Source: Octopus sinensis (lineage: Eukaryota). Taken from it: 64,000 bases of DNA. Where the stretch lies: positions 5,580,001-5,644,000 of the forward strand of contig NC_043009.1 in the NCBI RefSeq assembly GCF_006345805.1, in the 5' to 3' direction. The translations under genes and the position numbers were made by a program. The notes beneath the pieces were generated by a model. That model worked only from the letters and a program-made list of their open reading frames with translations. It searched no databases and was not told the origin of the DNA. This document shows, piece by piece, positions 45,961 to 58,117 of the stretch; position 1 is the first letter of the stretch; every line of letters starts with the position of its first letter.

Positions 45961-46516
45961 TTAAAGCGATAATGAAGAGGCCAACGGCAAGAATTTCTTT
46001 TATGCGCCACAGTTCATATTGAATGAAGGGAATATTTCGAGCAAAGTTTCCAATTTCTGAGGCGTAACATAAAAGTTGACACGAAGAAAGTTAGATAAAG
46101 TGGATATAAAAGATAAAAAGGATAAGTTGTATTCAAAATATGTGATCTCATGTCTTTTTTATTCCTTCTGGTGGGAGAAAATATCTAAGTACTGCAAAAG
46201 AAAGAAGGAAGCCCGTAAATCTAGGATCACTCGGATCATCACAAGCCCAAGCTCGAGTCCAACTGTTTTTCTACAGGTACATGCGTAGAGTAGGCCCATC
46301 CTCGCTAGCAATTTCTTCCTCAGTCATCTGCATTTGACAAACTTACTGGAAGATATCATTTGCCACTCTTTTTCCACTATTCTTTCAAAGTGGAACCTTA
46401 GCGAGGCGTAATGAAAAAAAAAACACCAGAATATGTGTACTCTATGTCTGTGTTTCCAAGGATGTTTACATTTGAGTAACTTACATAACAATACCTGTGC
46501 TTGTATGACATATAAG

Positions 46517-46684
46517 TGTAACATTGTGACGTTTCGGTTATATATATGTCTGCTCCTGTTTCAATATACCCCTAGGCATCTAGCATGTCTGAGTTAGATC
46601 TTGAAGTCATGTCACCAGGGTAAATAACGTACATAACAGTACCTGAAATCAGCACTGGACAATAAACTTCACTCTTGCGTTACA
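46517..46684 (+). mobile_element. Solo-LTR-like sequence (168 bp), partly duplicated at 46797-46910
   Basis: TGTAAC...GTTACA inverted termini, AATAAA at 46661; no TSD evident. Confidence 0.45.
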
Positions 46685-48599
46685 CCATTAGGAGTCCCTT
46701 GGCTTCGAACAATTTACAATTATGACTTTTTTGCGTTTTCTGTATTATCGTGAGTTCTCTACGTAATATTTATGTTGTGCTTGTATGACATATAAGTGTA
46801 ACATTGTGACGTTTCGGTTATATATATATGTCTGCTCCTGTTGTAATGTACCCCTAGGCACGTAGCATGTCTGAGTTAGATCTTGAAGTCATGTCACCAG
46901 GGTAAATAACTTGCAGCTTTTAGTTTCATGTATATAAAATGTTCCCATATCAATACAATTTCAAACTTTAGCGCATTCAGCAAGTTGGGGGATATGATTG
47001 AAGTCCTGCGAAACTAATTGGGTCTTATTATTTAGTTTCATTGCTTATGGTTGCTTTGCCATTGGAATACCTTAAATATCATTGTACATGATATTTGAAA
47101 CTGTAAATGTATGTTGTACTTATCCGCACTGCTTCCAAATACTGAAACAATTATCCGCGACCATGTTCTCACGTTTCTTCTCCTTAAACTTGTGCGGATG
47201 TTGATAATGACCAGCGGAAATATTTGCATAATGTGCTTGCTCATTGACTCCCTATTTCTGTCATTGTTTTCTGCAGGCAGGAAAGGAAATGTGAAGTGAA
47301 CTGAATCTCAGAAAGCAAAGAGATGCAACAGATACAGCAAGCCAACTCGTCCCACATCTCATATTTCACGTGTCATAGAATATCATTTCTCATTCGCAAA
47401 TTATCTGAAAAACAAAGTTGACCAAGGCGTGATGCGAAATCGGAACGCTGAGAGTCTGGACAAACGCTAAGATATTCTATCCGACGCTGTAAAAATTCCA
47501 CCCTTCATTATTTTCAGATAGTTTTTAACGATTCAGATTGCGAAAGTTCAATACTTTTACAGAAAACATGCGACATCAACGATAAGACAAGAGCGGTTCA
47601 ATGCCCATGAACCACCTTTGTTCAGAAGCGATTCAATTTTGACTAAACGCTTAAAGCTTATAATGCAGTTGATAATATTAGAAGAAATGAAAGTTGATCT
47701 ATAATAAATTATACAAATACGCTCAACAATTGCCTTTCTATCAATTCTACAGTAAATTATAGTCAAAGAAAAAAAACACAACGAATGAGAGAAATTTCTG
47801 GAGTCTTTGTGAATCAACTATATTGAGAAAATAAAGACAAAAATTTTTTTGATGAATCGTTGTGACATTTAGGTGGCAATTGAATTTCATTGCAGTGCAA
47901 CTGGTAATGAATAGAAAGACTTTGAATTATGCACCAATTTAATCCTACCCGGACAGTGTATTTAATGAATGTCCCAGCTTTAATGGAAATCCGACGTCTT
48001 TTTTATTTTATTTCATGATAGAAAAACCTGTGAAATAAAATTATTTCATAAAGAAAATACAATCTCACCAAATATATTAACAAAAGCCTATTTCCTGAAC
48101 AAAAAAAGAAAGAAAATCGATTATCCCATCAAGAGAAAGCACAAACACAAACTCTTACATACACACACGTCAACACATATTCTCTCACATAGAAATAGAA
48201 AATTAAAAAAACAACGACCCGTATATACGTACAGACATACAAACATGCGTATACAGATGTATAAATAAACACATACACGCATATGTAAACATTGAATCCC
48301 AACCGTATTAACACGCACTCAGAATCAAGTAACCGCACATTCTTACGCAGAAAACTTACACAGAAATTTTCTCACTAACTCACTCTCACTCTCTCACTCT
48401 TTCTCTCTCTCACACTCTGGCTCTGCCTCTCCCTCTCACTCACTCACTGTATCTCTCTTACACACACACGCACACATACACACACACACGCACACACACA
48501 CGCTCAGAGATTCATCAAGCAGATTTAGACCAATGTTGTGAATATTTTTTTCTTTCAGGTTACACTACATAGAAACTTCGGTCTATGGATTTTATGTAT

Positions 48600-49293
48600 T
48601 TGAATGTTGAGAGAAAACCAGAAACTCGGTTCTGTTTCGATTCTTTCACACATTCGTTACAATTCATATGCATGAATCAAGAAATAACGATAACTACTCA
48701 GTGGTCTACGCAAAGTTTTCAAAAATTTTTGATCGTTCTCGACACAATCAAGAACTTGTGCAAATGAAACCGGTGTGTGTTTTTGGTTAGCTGAAAGCAG
48801 TTTGGCACAAAATCGAAAGACCCGCGCATTATACCCAAATGGTCGGTGATAAAGAACTTAAGCGAACCGTAACTAATCTGCACATTCTCTGATAACTGAC
48901 ATATGGTGATCTGACAATTTCTCCTCCCAACTGCACGCATATCTACTATGATTTTCTCAGTTGTACTGAGCGTTCGTCAATATCAGTATATTTTCACCCA
49001 CCTTCGAATCCTCTGAACCACTCGTACGCTTGTGTGTGGCTCATACACTCCTCTCCATACACTTTCTCCCAACTTTGCACAGCAGATATCGACATGACAA
49101 ATTTTTCTGTCATGGTGAATGTTACGATCACACGCTACACACATTCCTTCCAACCACTGGTGTAAACAGCGGATGTGAGCTAGAACGTTATAACTTTGTG
49201 CGCATACATAGGAGAGTTCAAAGACAATCTGAGCCAATGGGCTTTACTTTCCATACATTAGCTTCGTTACTATGCCAGCAGTCCGGATACGTA
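48600..49293 (-). pseudogene. Decayed mariner transposase (N-terminal half)
   Basis: KVYGEECMS....YEWF, RQITI-like CQITICQLSENVQISYGSL...ITDHLG, WVP-like FVP; stops and frameshifts. Confidence 0.75.
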
Positions 49294-49306
49294 TTGTGCC
49301 GAAGTC

Positions 49307-49342
<36 letters not shown>

Positions 49343-49344
49343 AT

Positions 49345-49560
49345 GTATGTGTGTGTCTGTGTTAGTTCCCTGCTATTACTCGACAACCGATGCTGGTGTG
49401 CTTACGTTCGCATAACTCAGCGGTTCGGCAAAAGAAACCGCTAGAAAAAGTAGACGTAGTTGAAAGAATGAGAAAAACAGTAGCCGGCTTCAATTCTTCA
49501 AGGCGGTGCAAAGCTCATGGCCAGAGTATAATGACTCAAACAAGAAAACGATAAAAGATA
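49345..49560 (+). mobile_element. SINE family A 3' half
   Basis: GACAACCGATGCTGGTGTG...AGCGGTTCGGCAAAAGA...ATGACTCAAACAAGAAAA. Confidence 0.7.
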
Positions 49561-49922
49561 AAACCTTATAGATTTGTTTAGTTGAAGTAACTGATACACG
49601 ACACACCACCAAAGGCAGTTAGATCGGAAAACGTTAACTTTTATCTTTTACATTTCGCGGTCGTTTTGCTAAAGGTCACTTACAAGGAATTAGTTCAAGT
49701 AATTATCTCCAGTACCTATATTCTTACTGTGGTACTTATTCTAGCCGGCACATTTAGAAAGCAACATCTGTTTTGAAGCCAGGGTGGTGGTCGGGAAACA
49801 CGATACAAACACAAAAGCACACACATTTATAGATATGTGAAATATATACGTAGGTACTTTTGTGTTTCTTTGTACGTGTTTGTATATATATACATATGTA
49901 GATATGTATGTATATATATGTG

Positions 49923-49992
<70 letters not shown>

Positions 49993-50166
49993 TATATATG
50001 ATAATAATTCTAACAAATATATACGTTTTATTCATTATTTTGCACATTACTTAATCATTAGTACATATTTTATCTTATATTTAATCTTTCTATAAGATGT
50101 AATTTTTCTCATAGTATAATTTAATTTTTCATTATTGAATTGATAACATGTGTTTTTCATAATTTA

Positions 50167-50262
50167 GTGGCACCTTGGGCAAGTGTCTTCTGCTGTAGCC
50201 CCGGGCCGACCAATGCCTTGTGAGTGGATTTGGTAGACGGAAACTGAAAGAAGCCTGTCGTA
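50167..50262 (+). mobile_element. SINE family A CORE fragment ending at its internal (TA)n
   Basis: GGCACCTTGGGCAAGTGTCTTC...GTGAGTGGATTTGGTAGACGGAAACTGAAAGAAGCC. Confidence 0.8.
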
Positions 50263-51274
50263 TATACGTATATATATATATATACATATACTAAAACACT
50301 CAGGTATATTTACACAGACGAGGTAGGAGTGATATATGTGTGTTTGTGTCTCTGCGTGTTTATGCTGAATCTTCTACATCCGATCAATGCAGTTCTATAT
50401 GCAGTTCCATACGACGGGATGCTTTCGATTTTCGTCTTCCAAATCCACTTGCGAGACATTTGTCAAACCGGAGCGGTAGCAGAAAATAGTTGTTCTAGGT
50501 GCTGCACTGTGGAATTTGAGCCCTAGACCACGTGGCCAGGGAGCAAGCTTCTCATGTACTCAATGATGAAAATAATTACATCTATAATAATTAACGTGAC
50601 ATTCGGTCTGTCTGTCTGGAACCCCTGTATATTAGCCTACATTCGCTCTACGTAGACATATTATACCTTTCCATTCCGGGATTGAATATCTGTCACTCGT
50701 TTGTGTCTTGATCATCAAGCGGAGTGCGATTTTTAAGCTAGTACTTTATAAAATTCAACATGATGATAGAAAATGGATCTTGGAATGTCAACCCGTGTCT
50801 CATCACAGTGTCAAAAGTAATAAAGAAAATACAAACATGAAGGAATTAACTTGTAGCTACTAGTAAAAGCAACATGAATTCTTAACCATCGAAATTTGAC
50901 TGCGAGTGACAAAACGATACGTAAGTTCTGAAGCATATTTCTAATGGTAAAAAGCGTAAAAAATTTAAATGACGGGTAAATCAAAAGAAAACCAATCAGT
51001 AGATAAGAAATAACACAACCACCAAATGTACTGTAATTAAATCTTGATAATAAGACTGTGAATATTTAGAAAGGTCGGGCACAGATTTATGAATTCTAGT
51101 GTAACGAACCAGCTGTGAAAACCTATTAAGAAAACTCGGGAAATACGTTTAAATTACAAAAGATAAAGCTTGAATATTTTCGTGTTTTCAATGTTCACGA
51201 ATATATATGTGCGTGTGTGTGGTGTGTGTGTGTGCTTCTGTATGTGTACCTCTGTAGTATGTATATATATATAT

Positions 51275-51342
<68 letters not shown>

Positions 51343-51360
51343 TGTATATATATATATAAT

Positions 51361-51392
<32 letters not shown>

Positions 51393-51397
51393 GTATG

Positions 51398-51442
<45 letters not shown>

Positions 51443-51812
51443 TGTGTGTGTGTGTGTGTGAAATTTGAAAAAATTGAAAAGTAAAGACGAAAGAAATAGA
51501 TTATGTCAATATGTCATGAGATTATGAGCAAATACTTCGTCAAACTTTATTAGTTAAAGAATTACACCAAAGCCTTGATTATAATAGAGTGTACTGAATC
51601 TAGATTTTACTTTGATGTCGTTGCTGTTGTTCGAATATTAATCTAGAAATAAATAACAGGTGCGGGGACATTATATTTAATTGGGTTCGATTTCAATAAC
51701 CTTGCCCTCGACTGCACTTAGCTCTCGTGCTGTTCTTAATTATACAGTTACACATGTTTATTCACACAACAATAGCACCAATAATTGAATGTACATAAGT
51801 TTGTATCGAACC

Positions 51813-51913
<101 letters not shown>

Positions 51914-51995
51914 TACACTCTACAAACACTGCAGTTCCATATGCATATTTTGAGGAATATGAAAACACGCGCACACAAAATACACACATAATACA

Positions 51996-52064
<69 letters not shown>

Positions 52065-52352
52065 CTGTCACTCTGTATATTTATACATGATTGAAAGATA
52101 GATACATAGATAGATAGATATACATATTTATATACACGTATATATATTATATATATATAATTACATATCCGTATATATATGCATAAAATTATATATATGT
52201 ATATATATATACATACATATATATATATTATATATATATATAATATATATATATGTATGTATGTATGTATGTTTATATATATATGTATATATATATATAT
52301 ATTATATATATATATATATATATGTGTGTGTGATATATATATGTTATATATA

Positions 52353-52450
<98 letters not shown>

Positions 52451-54985
52451 TGAAACACTCGCACAGGTATATTTACACACACGATGTAGGGTTGATTTAG
52501 GTGTGTGTGTGTGTCTATGCGTGTTTGTGTTGAATCCTGTACATTTATATCAATGTACATTATTCGATCCGATCATATGTATTACGGCATTTATTAAATG
52601 ATACATAGAGCCATTTCACAATAAATGTCTGTGTGTACTTGTATGTGCGCCTGCGCGTGCTTTAGAAACATCAAGTGTTGAAAACAAACTTCGAGAACAC
52701 TGAAGAAACAAATTCAAATCCTTCAAAAATTCAACCCCAACAAGTGTTTTTGTAGGATTGGAGGAAGAACATTTTAGTATAATTAAAAACATCAAATTCA
52801 AGAAGTACCCAAAGAAACACAATAAAACCAAAGAAAACTAAATGAACCACTGAAGACCTACAGAAATGCAACCGGAATATTAGTATCAGTGGACAAAACC
52901 GGTAAGATAGACAGACAAACAGACAATTAAATAGATTGATGGATGGATAGAGAGACGGACATACATATTTTCATTTGTTACTGTTATCATAAGCACACTG
53001 TTTTAAGTAAGAGCTGATCAGCTTAGAAACATAAAAATGCACGGGTTCTCAAAAAAATGAAAGAGAAGTGAGAAATTCAGTGTATAATGTTTGTCAAAAA
53101 GTCAATGAAAGTTTGTTAAAACATTTCAGGGATTCTCCATTTGATATACTTAGGTGAACACATTCACACCATCGCCTGACGAATGGAATATATACACATG
53201 CATGCACATAGACAATAATTAAGCAACTACATGTTTCTGCTCCCCTGTGGAACGCATACCTACGAGTGCATGCTTATCCATAACATATACATGTTCACAT
53301 CGTGAAAATGTATACAGATTCGTCAATGAATTCAGATAATAAGCTTCAAGCGATCGCTTGGCTTAAACAGAAGTGTTTTTGATAATACTTTGATAACGAT
53401 GTTTGATATGTACCAAACTGAATTCAAGAAGTACCCAAAGAAACACAATAAACACCAAAGATAACTAAATGAACAACTGAAGACCTTCAGAAACGCAAAT
53501 GGAATATTTGTATCAGTGGACAAAACCGGTAAGATAGACAGACAAACAGACAATTAAATAGATTGATGCATGGATAGAGAGACGGGCATAAGTCTTAACA
53601 CATCATACATGAATACATACATACATAGAAACATATATATACACATATACATAAATACATACATTCCTCCATACATACGTACACACATACATTTATATAT
53701 TGTTTAGGATAACGTATATTGCTTTGTGGGTAGAAATAATAGATATTAAAAAATATCGTTGTAGTTAACGCGTTCTCCTTCAGTAGATGAAGACAATGTG
53801 TGATGGACCATGATGTAAATTATATCTTAATAAAGAAGTTATTCTCGTTGTGCATACATTTCTGATTTCATTCTGATTTTCTGTGCCGTTCTTGTCTTAC
53901 TAAATTAAATACAAGTAATGTAATACACGAAGTTTAATACTGTCAAATTTTACCAGTCAAGTAATCGACTTGCATCCTTCTACTCGAAATTGTTTGCTTT
54001 GATCACTGCAATGGACTTGCGTCGCGTCTAGAGGGAGATATAGTGATGCTGGTCACCTGTTGATCACCGGGTAACCGATGTTATGGACGTAGTCCTCCGG
54101 AAAAATATATTGTGCGTCGTGTGGGATACAATAAAGTTTATGCTCAATTAAAGTAAATAGAATCGTGTGGCTAAGAAGTTCGTCTTTTTACCACAGAGTG
54201 CGTTATTGTGTTTTTACACCAGTGTTAAATTCGTGCCTAGATTTAAGTTGCTGAATGATAGCGATCGATAACTAAAGAACTAGACTAAAATAATGGGGTA
54301 GTAATATTGAGCATCTCTAAAATGCATTATCCAGCAAATAATATAATTAAGTGGATGAAATATTTGTGTTAAGTGTTAAAGTACGTCTAGGTTCGAGAAG
54401 ATGCCTTTCCTTCTTTTAGAGACTAGCATTGAATGAATACAACCTATAGAAAGGCTTCTCCGAATTCTCTCAAAATATAAATCACATAATTCAGCCGAAA
54501 CTACGTAATACATATAAGGTTTCGTTTTGAATTTCACGTATGGTTTATTTTAAAACAATTAATACCCATGTGTAGAAGCTCCACTTTTTCTTACTGGCGT
54601 AATTTTAATTTACATTATTTTCTCTCGAGATTAATTTCTTAAGCTCCTACTTAAATTAAACATTGATAATATTTTCGGTATAATCTCAAAGATAAATCAC
54701 AAAATATCAAGTTATAATGATGATTTAGAACAAAAACGTGTTGGAAAGTTGAAGAAATAGATGAAGCCTCGTTTCGAATCGATGATCCGTACTAAAGTGG
54801 ATTAAACTTCACATAAGTATCATGCTTTTTTTTTATGCTTCAACGCTTGAGATTTTTTTTCTTTATGATTGATGTCATATCGCTAATTTGCAATTGTTAT
54901 CCGCTTATACTAAAGAAGAGTTACATTCTCAGCATTTTATATAATCATCACTAGGTGATAAATTCTCAGAATATTGAAACAACTA

Positions 54986-55458
54986 CAGTAATCTCTCGAC
55001 TATCGTGAGTGTTACATTCCAAATCCTCCTTTGATAGGTGAAGATCCGCAAAGTAGAAATAGTACTATACTGTATATATATATATTTATCATGTTTATAA
55101 TTTGTATATATTTTCATATTATTATAAATGCAAAGCAATACCACACACTCACCTCCCGTGTTTCGTTTTCCATACAATGTGCCATTCTTTGTTTATCCAT
55201 TTACGGTACACTACGTATTTTCCTTTTAATATATTTTAATTAATGTGTTATACAGTGCAGTACTGTACTCTATTTCTATTTATTAATTTTTAGGCGTGAA
55301 AATGCTTATTTTAACACAGAAAGAATTAAAATTTATCGGACGCAGAAATCCGCGATATACTGAGGAATCCGTGATATAAATTTACATATATTAGCCAGAA
55401 AAATACGTGATGTATTGAGTGCGCTATAGATGAAATGCGATATGGCGAGGGATTATTG
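54986..55458. mobile_element. Tigger/pogo-like MITE
   Basis: TIRs CAGTAATCTCTCGACTATCG and (rc) CAATAATCCCTCGCCATATCG, TA on both sides. Confidence 0.75.
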
Positions 55459-56106
55459 TACTAATTGTACACCCCGAAAGAAATATTTATTGAGCTATAG
55501 CCAAAAATATATTCAGAAAGAAAGATCTGTCAGAAAAATGGAAATATCCTGTTAATGATACAATCATCCAAATCAGATTTATAATCAGGTTCATTCTATT
55601 CGTGATTGGATCAGATTCTTGAAGTCGGTAGACTAAAGTGTTCAATGTAAACATGTTCGGGGTTTTAATATCCCATTATCGCATCCCTTATTGAAAAACC
55701 CATTTTACAGTTTTAATACTTCGATCCTATTTTATATTTTTAATAGTTCTGTCCACCATTCACCATAGAATGTGACACGATATTACAGCAAAATTTTTAC
55801 GAGGAAATAGGCTTTTCTTTTTCCCTCGCTAAGTATCTGACGAGAGACTGCAGTCCAAAACGTTGAGCAGAATTGTCATCACAAATTAGCAAATACAAGC
55901 ACCCACATATATGTATGTGTGTGTATACATATATATGTTACGATACATAGATATATATGTATATATACATGAATATATATGTATATATATATATGTATAT
56001 ATATATATATGTATATATATATATGTGTATATATATATATATGTATATATATATATGTATATATATATATATGTATATATATGCGTATATATATATATAT
56101 GTATAT

Positions 56107-56154
<48 letters not shown>

Positions 56155-56487
56155 ATATATATCACGATCACGCATCCTCTTCCAAGTGTGTTTTTTCTAT
56201 ATATATGAATATGTATATGTTTGTATGAATGTGTAGATAACGGATAATAGTCAGCAGTGCGCAATGCATTACCAAAACTATAATTCCTATCAATATGTAT
56301 ATATATATATATATAGTTATGTGCTTTGACTACGGCATAAGAGCACATTAGCTCTCATTTCTAGCAATGTATATGTTTCTATCACCCTAGTCATACACAC
56401 ACATATGCGTGTGTTTGTTTGTCTGTGTGTGTGTGTAAACACACTTATAGATATAAATATAAATGTAATTATATGTAATTACACAGG

Positions 56488-56540
<53 letters not shown>

Positions 56541-56604
56541 GATAAAAACGGTAAGATAACAAAAGAAAGAACGATACCTCAATATTATGTAAATAGAGGA
56601 AATT

Positions 56605-56805
56605 TATCTGTAAAATAATATGTAACAATTATTCAATAGCCAAGATAAAACTCTGAGTTTCGGATGCCGAGGTGGAAATCCACACCACCATCTCTTCGGT
56701 TATCTGGCCAGATAACCGAAGAGATGGTGGTGTGGATTTCCACCTCGGCATCCGAAACTCAGAGATTTATCTTGGCTATTCAATAATTGTCACATATTAT
56801 TTTAC

Positions 56806-56810
<5 letters not shown>
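56605..56810. repeat. 206-bp spacerless palindrome (103-bp arms, 3 mismatches)
   Basis: Axis between 56707 and 56708 (TGG|CCA); inner 57 bp of each arm perfectly complementary. Confidence 0.95.
56643..56705 (-). ncRNA. Minimal type-I hammerhead ribozyme motif (CCGAAGA core variant)
   Basis: Stem I AGATAA/TTATCT, core CCGAAGA, stem II GATG/CATC plus GTGGA/TCCAC (one extra C before GAAA), GAAA, self-complementary stem III ACTC-A-GAGT, GUU triplet. The mirror copy at 56710-56772 (+) has U16.1 changed to A. Confidence 0.6.
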
Positions 56811-56862
<52 letters not shown>

Positions 56863-56969
56863 ATATATATAATATATATAATATATATATTACATATATA
56901 TAATTTCTTTTTTCAGAAGGAGATAAAAATCCAAGGCTGTGAAGATTTTAGAACATTTATAAATAGAAA

Positions 56970-57017
56970 GTCTTACAGCTGTTTCCAAGATATTTATTAT
57001 ATCCCCTCATCGGAGAC
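56970..57017 (-). ncRNA. Minimal type-I hammerhead motif, left arm
   Basis: GTCT-CCGATGA-GGGGATAT/ATATCTTG-GAAA-CAGCTG-TA-AGAC. Confidence 0.65.
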
Positions 57018-57298
57018 AGTGTGAGAAAATGGTTAAGCAATAATTAATTTAGATAAGATACGAAACCGAGAGTGCAGTACAGAATGAAAATAGATGCGAG
57101 ATATGCAGAGATATCGCATTTGTAGATCCATTTAATAGGCAAAATGGTATACATATAAGATTCCAATACCTTGTGAGTAAAATGCAATAGTTTCTAAAAC
57201 TGATCATTCCAAGTATAAAGTTTATACATAGTGCTATTGAATCAAGGGTTTTATTTAAAGTGACCTAAAAGTAGGGAATGTATTTGTATGGTCAAATC

Positions 57299-57523
57299 TG
57301 TTGTGTGGACGCACCCAGACGATAAAGAAGGCTAGCCCAATACGTAGATAAAGAAGGAGAAGTCTAGACGTCAGGAGTTGAGTAGAGGTCATCCGAACGT
57401 GCGACATAACAGTGGCGAGAGAGGATGGGATTCTCACACAGCCACTATGTAGTATTGCGACATAGCAGTGGCGACAAGGATTTCGTTGCTCTCACAGCCA
57501 CTGTGTAGTATTGTGACACAACA
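57299..57523 (+). mobile_element. Solo-LTR-like insertion (Gypsy Mag-like) with two internal PBS-containing 56-bp units
   Basis: TGTTGTGT...ACACAACA perfect 8-bp inverted termini; AAATC TSD at 57294-57298 and 57524-57528; PBS-like TGGCGA..AGGAT at 57413 and 57469. Confidence 0.8.
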
Positions 57524-57619
57524 AAATCGAAAACAGGGAGAGAGGAATAAATTCCTCCACTTTACTCTCTATTTCGTATCTTATCTAACTTAACAATTGC
57601 TTAACTATTTGTTCACACT

Positions 57620-57667
57620 GTCTCCGATGAAGGGATATAATACATATCCTCGAAACAGCTGTAAGAC
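57620..57667 (+). ncRNA. Minimal type-I hammerhead motif, right arm
   Basis: GTCT-CCGATGA-AGGGATAT/ATATCCTC-GAAA-CAGCTG-TA-AGAC; palindromic stem III ACAGCTGT; predicted cut after GUA at 57663. Confidence 0.7.
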
Positions 57668-57989
57668 CTTCTATTTATAAATGTTCTAAAATCACAACCT
57701 TGTTTTTTTTTATCTCATTCTGAAAAAATATATATACATATACACACGCTGATATATGACCTACGTCAGATTCCTTATTCACAGAATCACCGAACCTGGA
57801 ACTTAACTGTGGCCTATCCACAGCACTTACTCAGCATTACCTGTCATCTTTGGGTCTTACTTACTCCATTACTTCTCATAACCTATATAAATATATTTAG
57901 GGAGAGTTTACAAAAAACCCAAAAGACGAAGACAGCTGGTGTACAAAACAAACAGATGTATTAGTATAACGCTCAGGAATAGAAAAAGT

Positions 57990-58025
57990 CTTTTACGTTT
58001 CGAGCCTACGCTCTTCTACAGAAAG
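57990..58025 (-). ncRNA. Minimal hammerhead-like motif within a pLTR-like fragment (~57900-58080)
   Basis: CTTT-CTGTAGA-A-GAGC/GCTC-GAAA-CG-TA-AAAG; A6 replaced by U; ACGT palindromic stem III. Confidence 0.55.
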
Positions 58026-58076
58026 GGACACAGAAAAAACAAGGAGAGAAAAAATATGTGTAGTGGCTAACGATCT

Positions 58077-58117
<41 letters not shown>

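Larger units (their letters stand above)
56908..57728. mobile_element. 820-bp non-coding fold-back element with ~170-bp hammerhead-bearing inverted arms (Penelope-like derivative)
   Basis: Arms 56908-~57078 and ~57559-57728 are diverged reverse complements; TA-rich flanks; no credible ORF. Confidence 0.8.

Noticed and set aside
57404-57523. Regularly spaced 56-bp units resembling a mini CRISPR array
   Set aside because: Only two units, the intervening sequences are homologous, context is eukaryotic, no cas genes; explained by LTR-end/PBS repeats.
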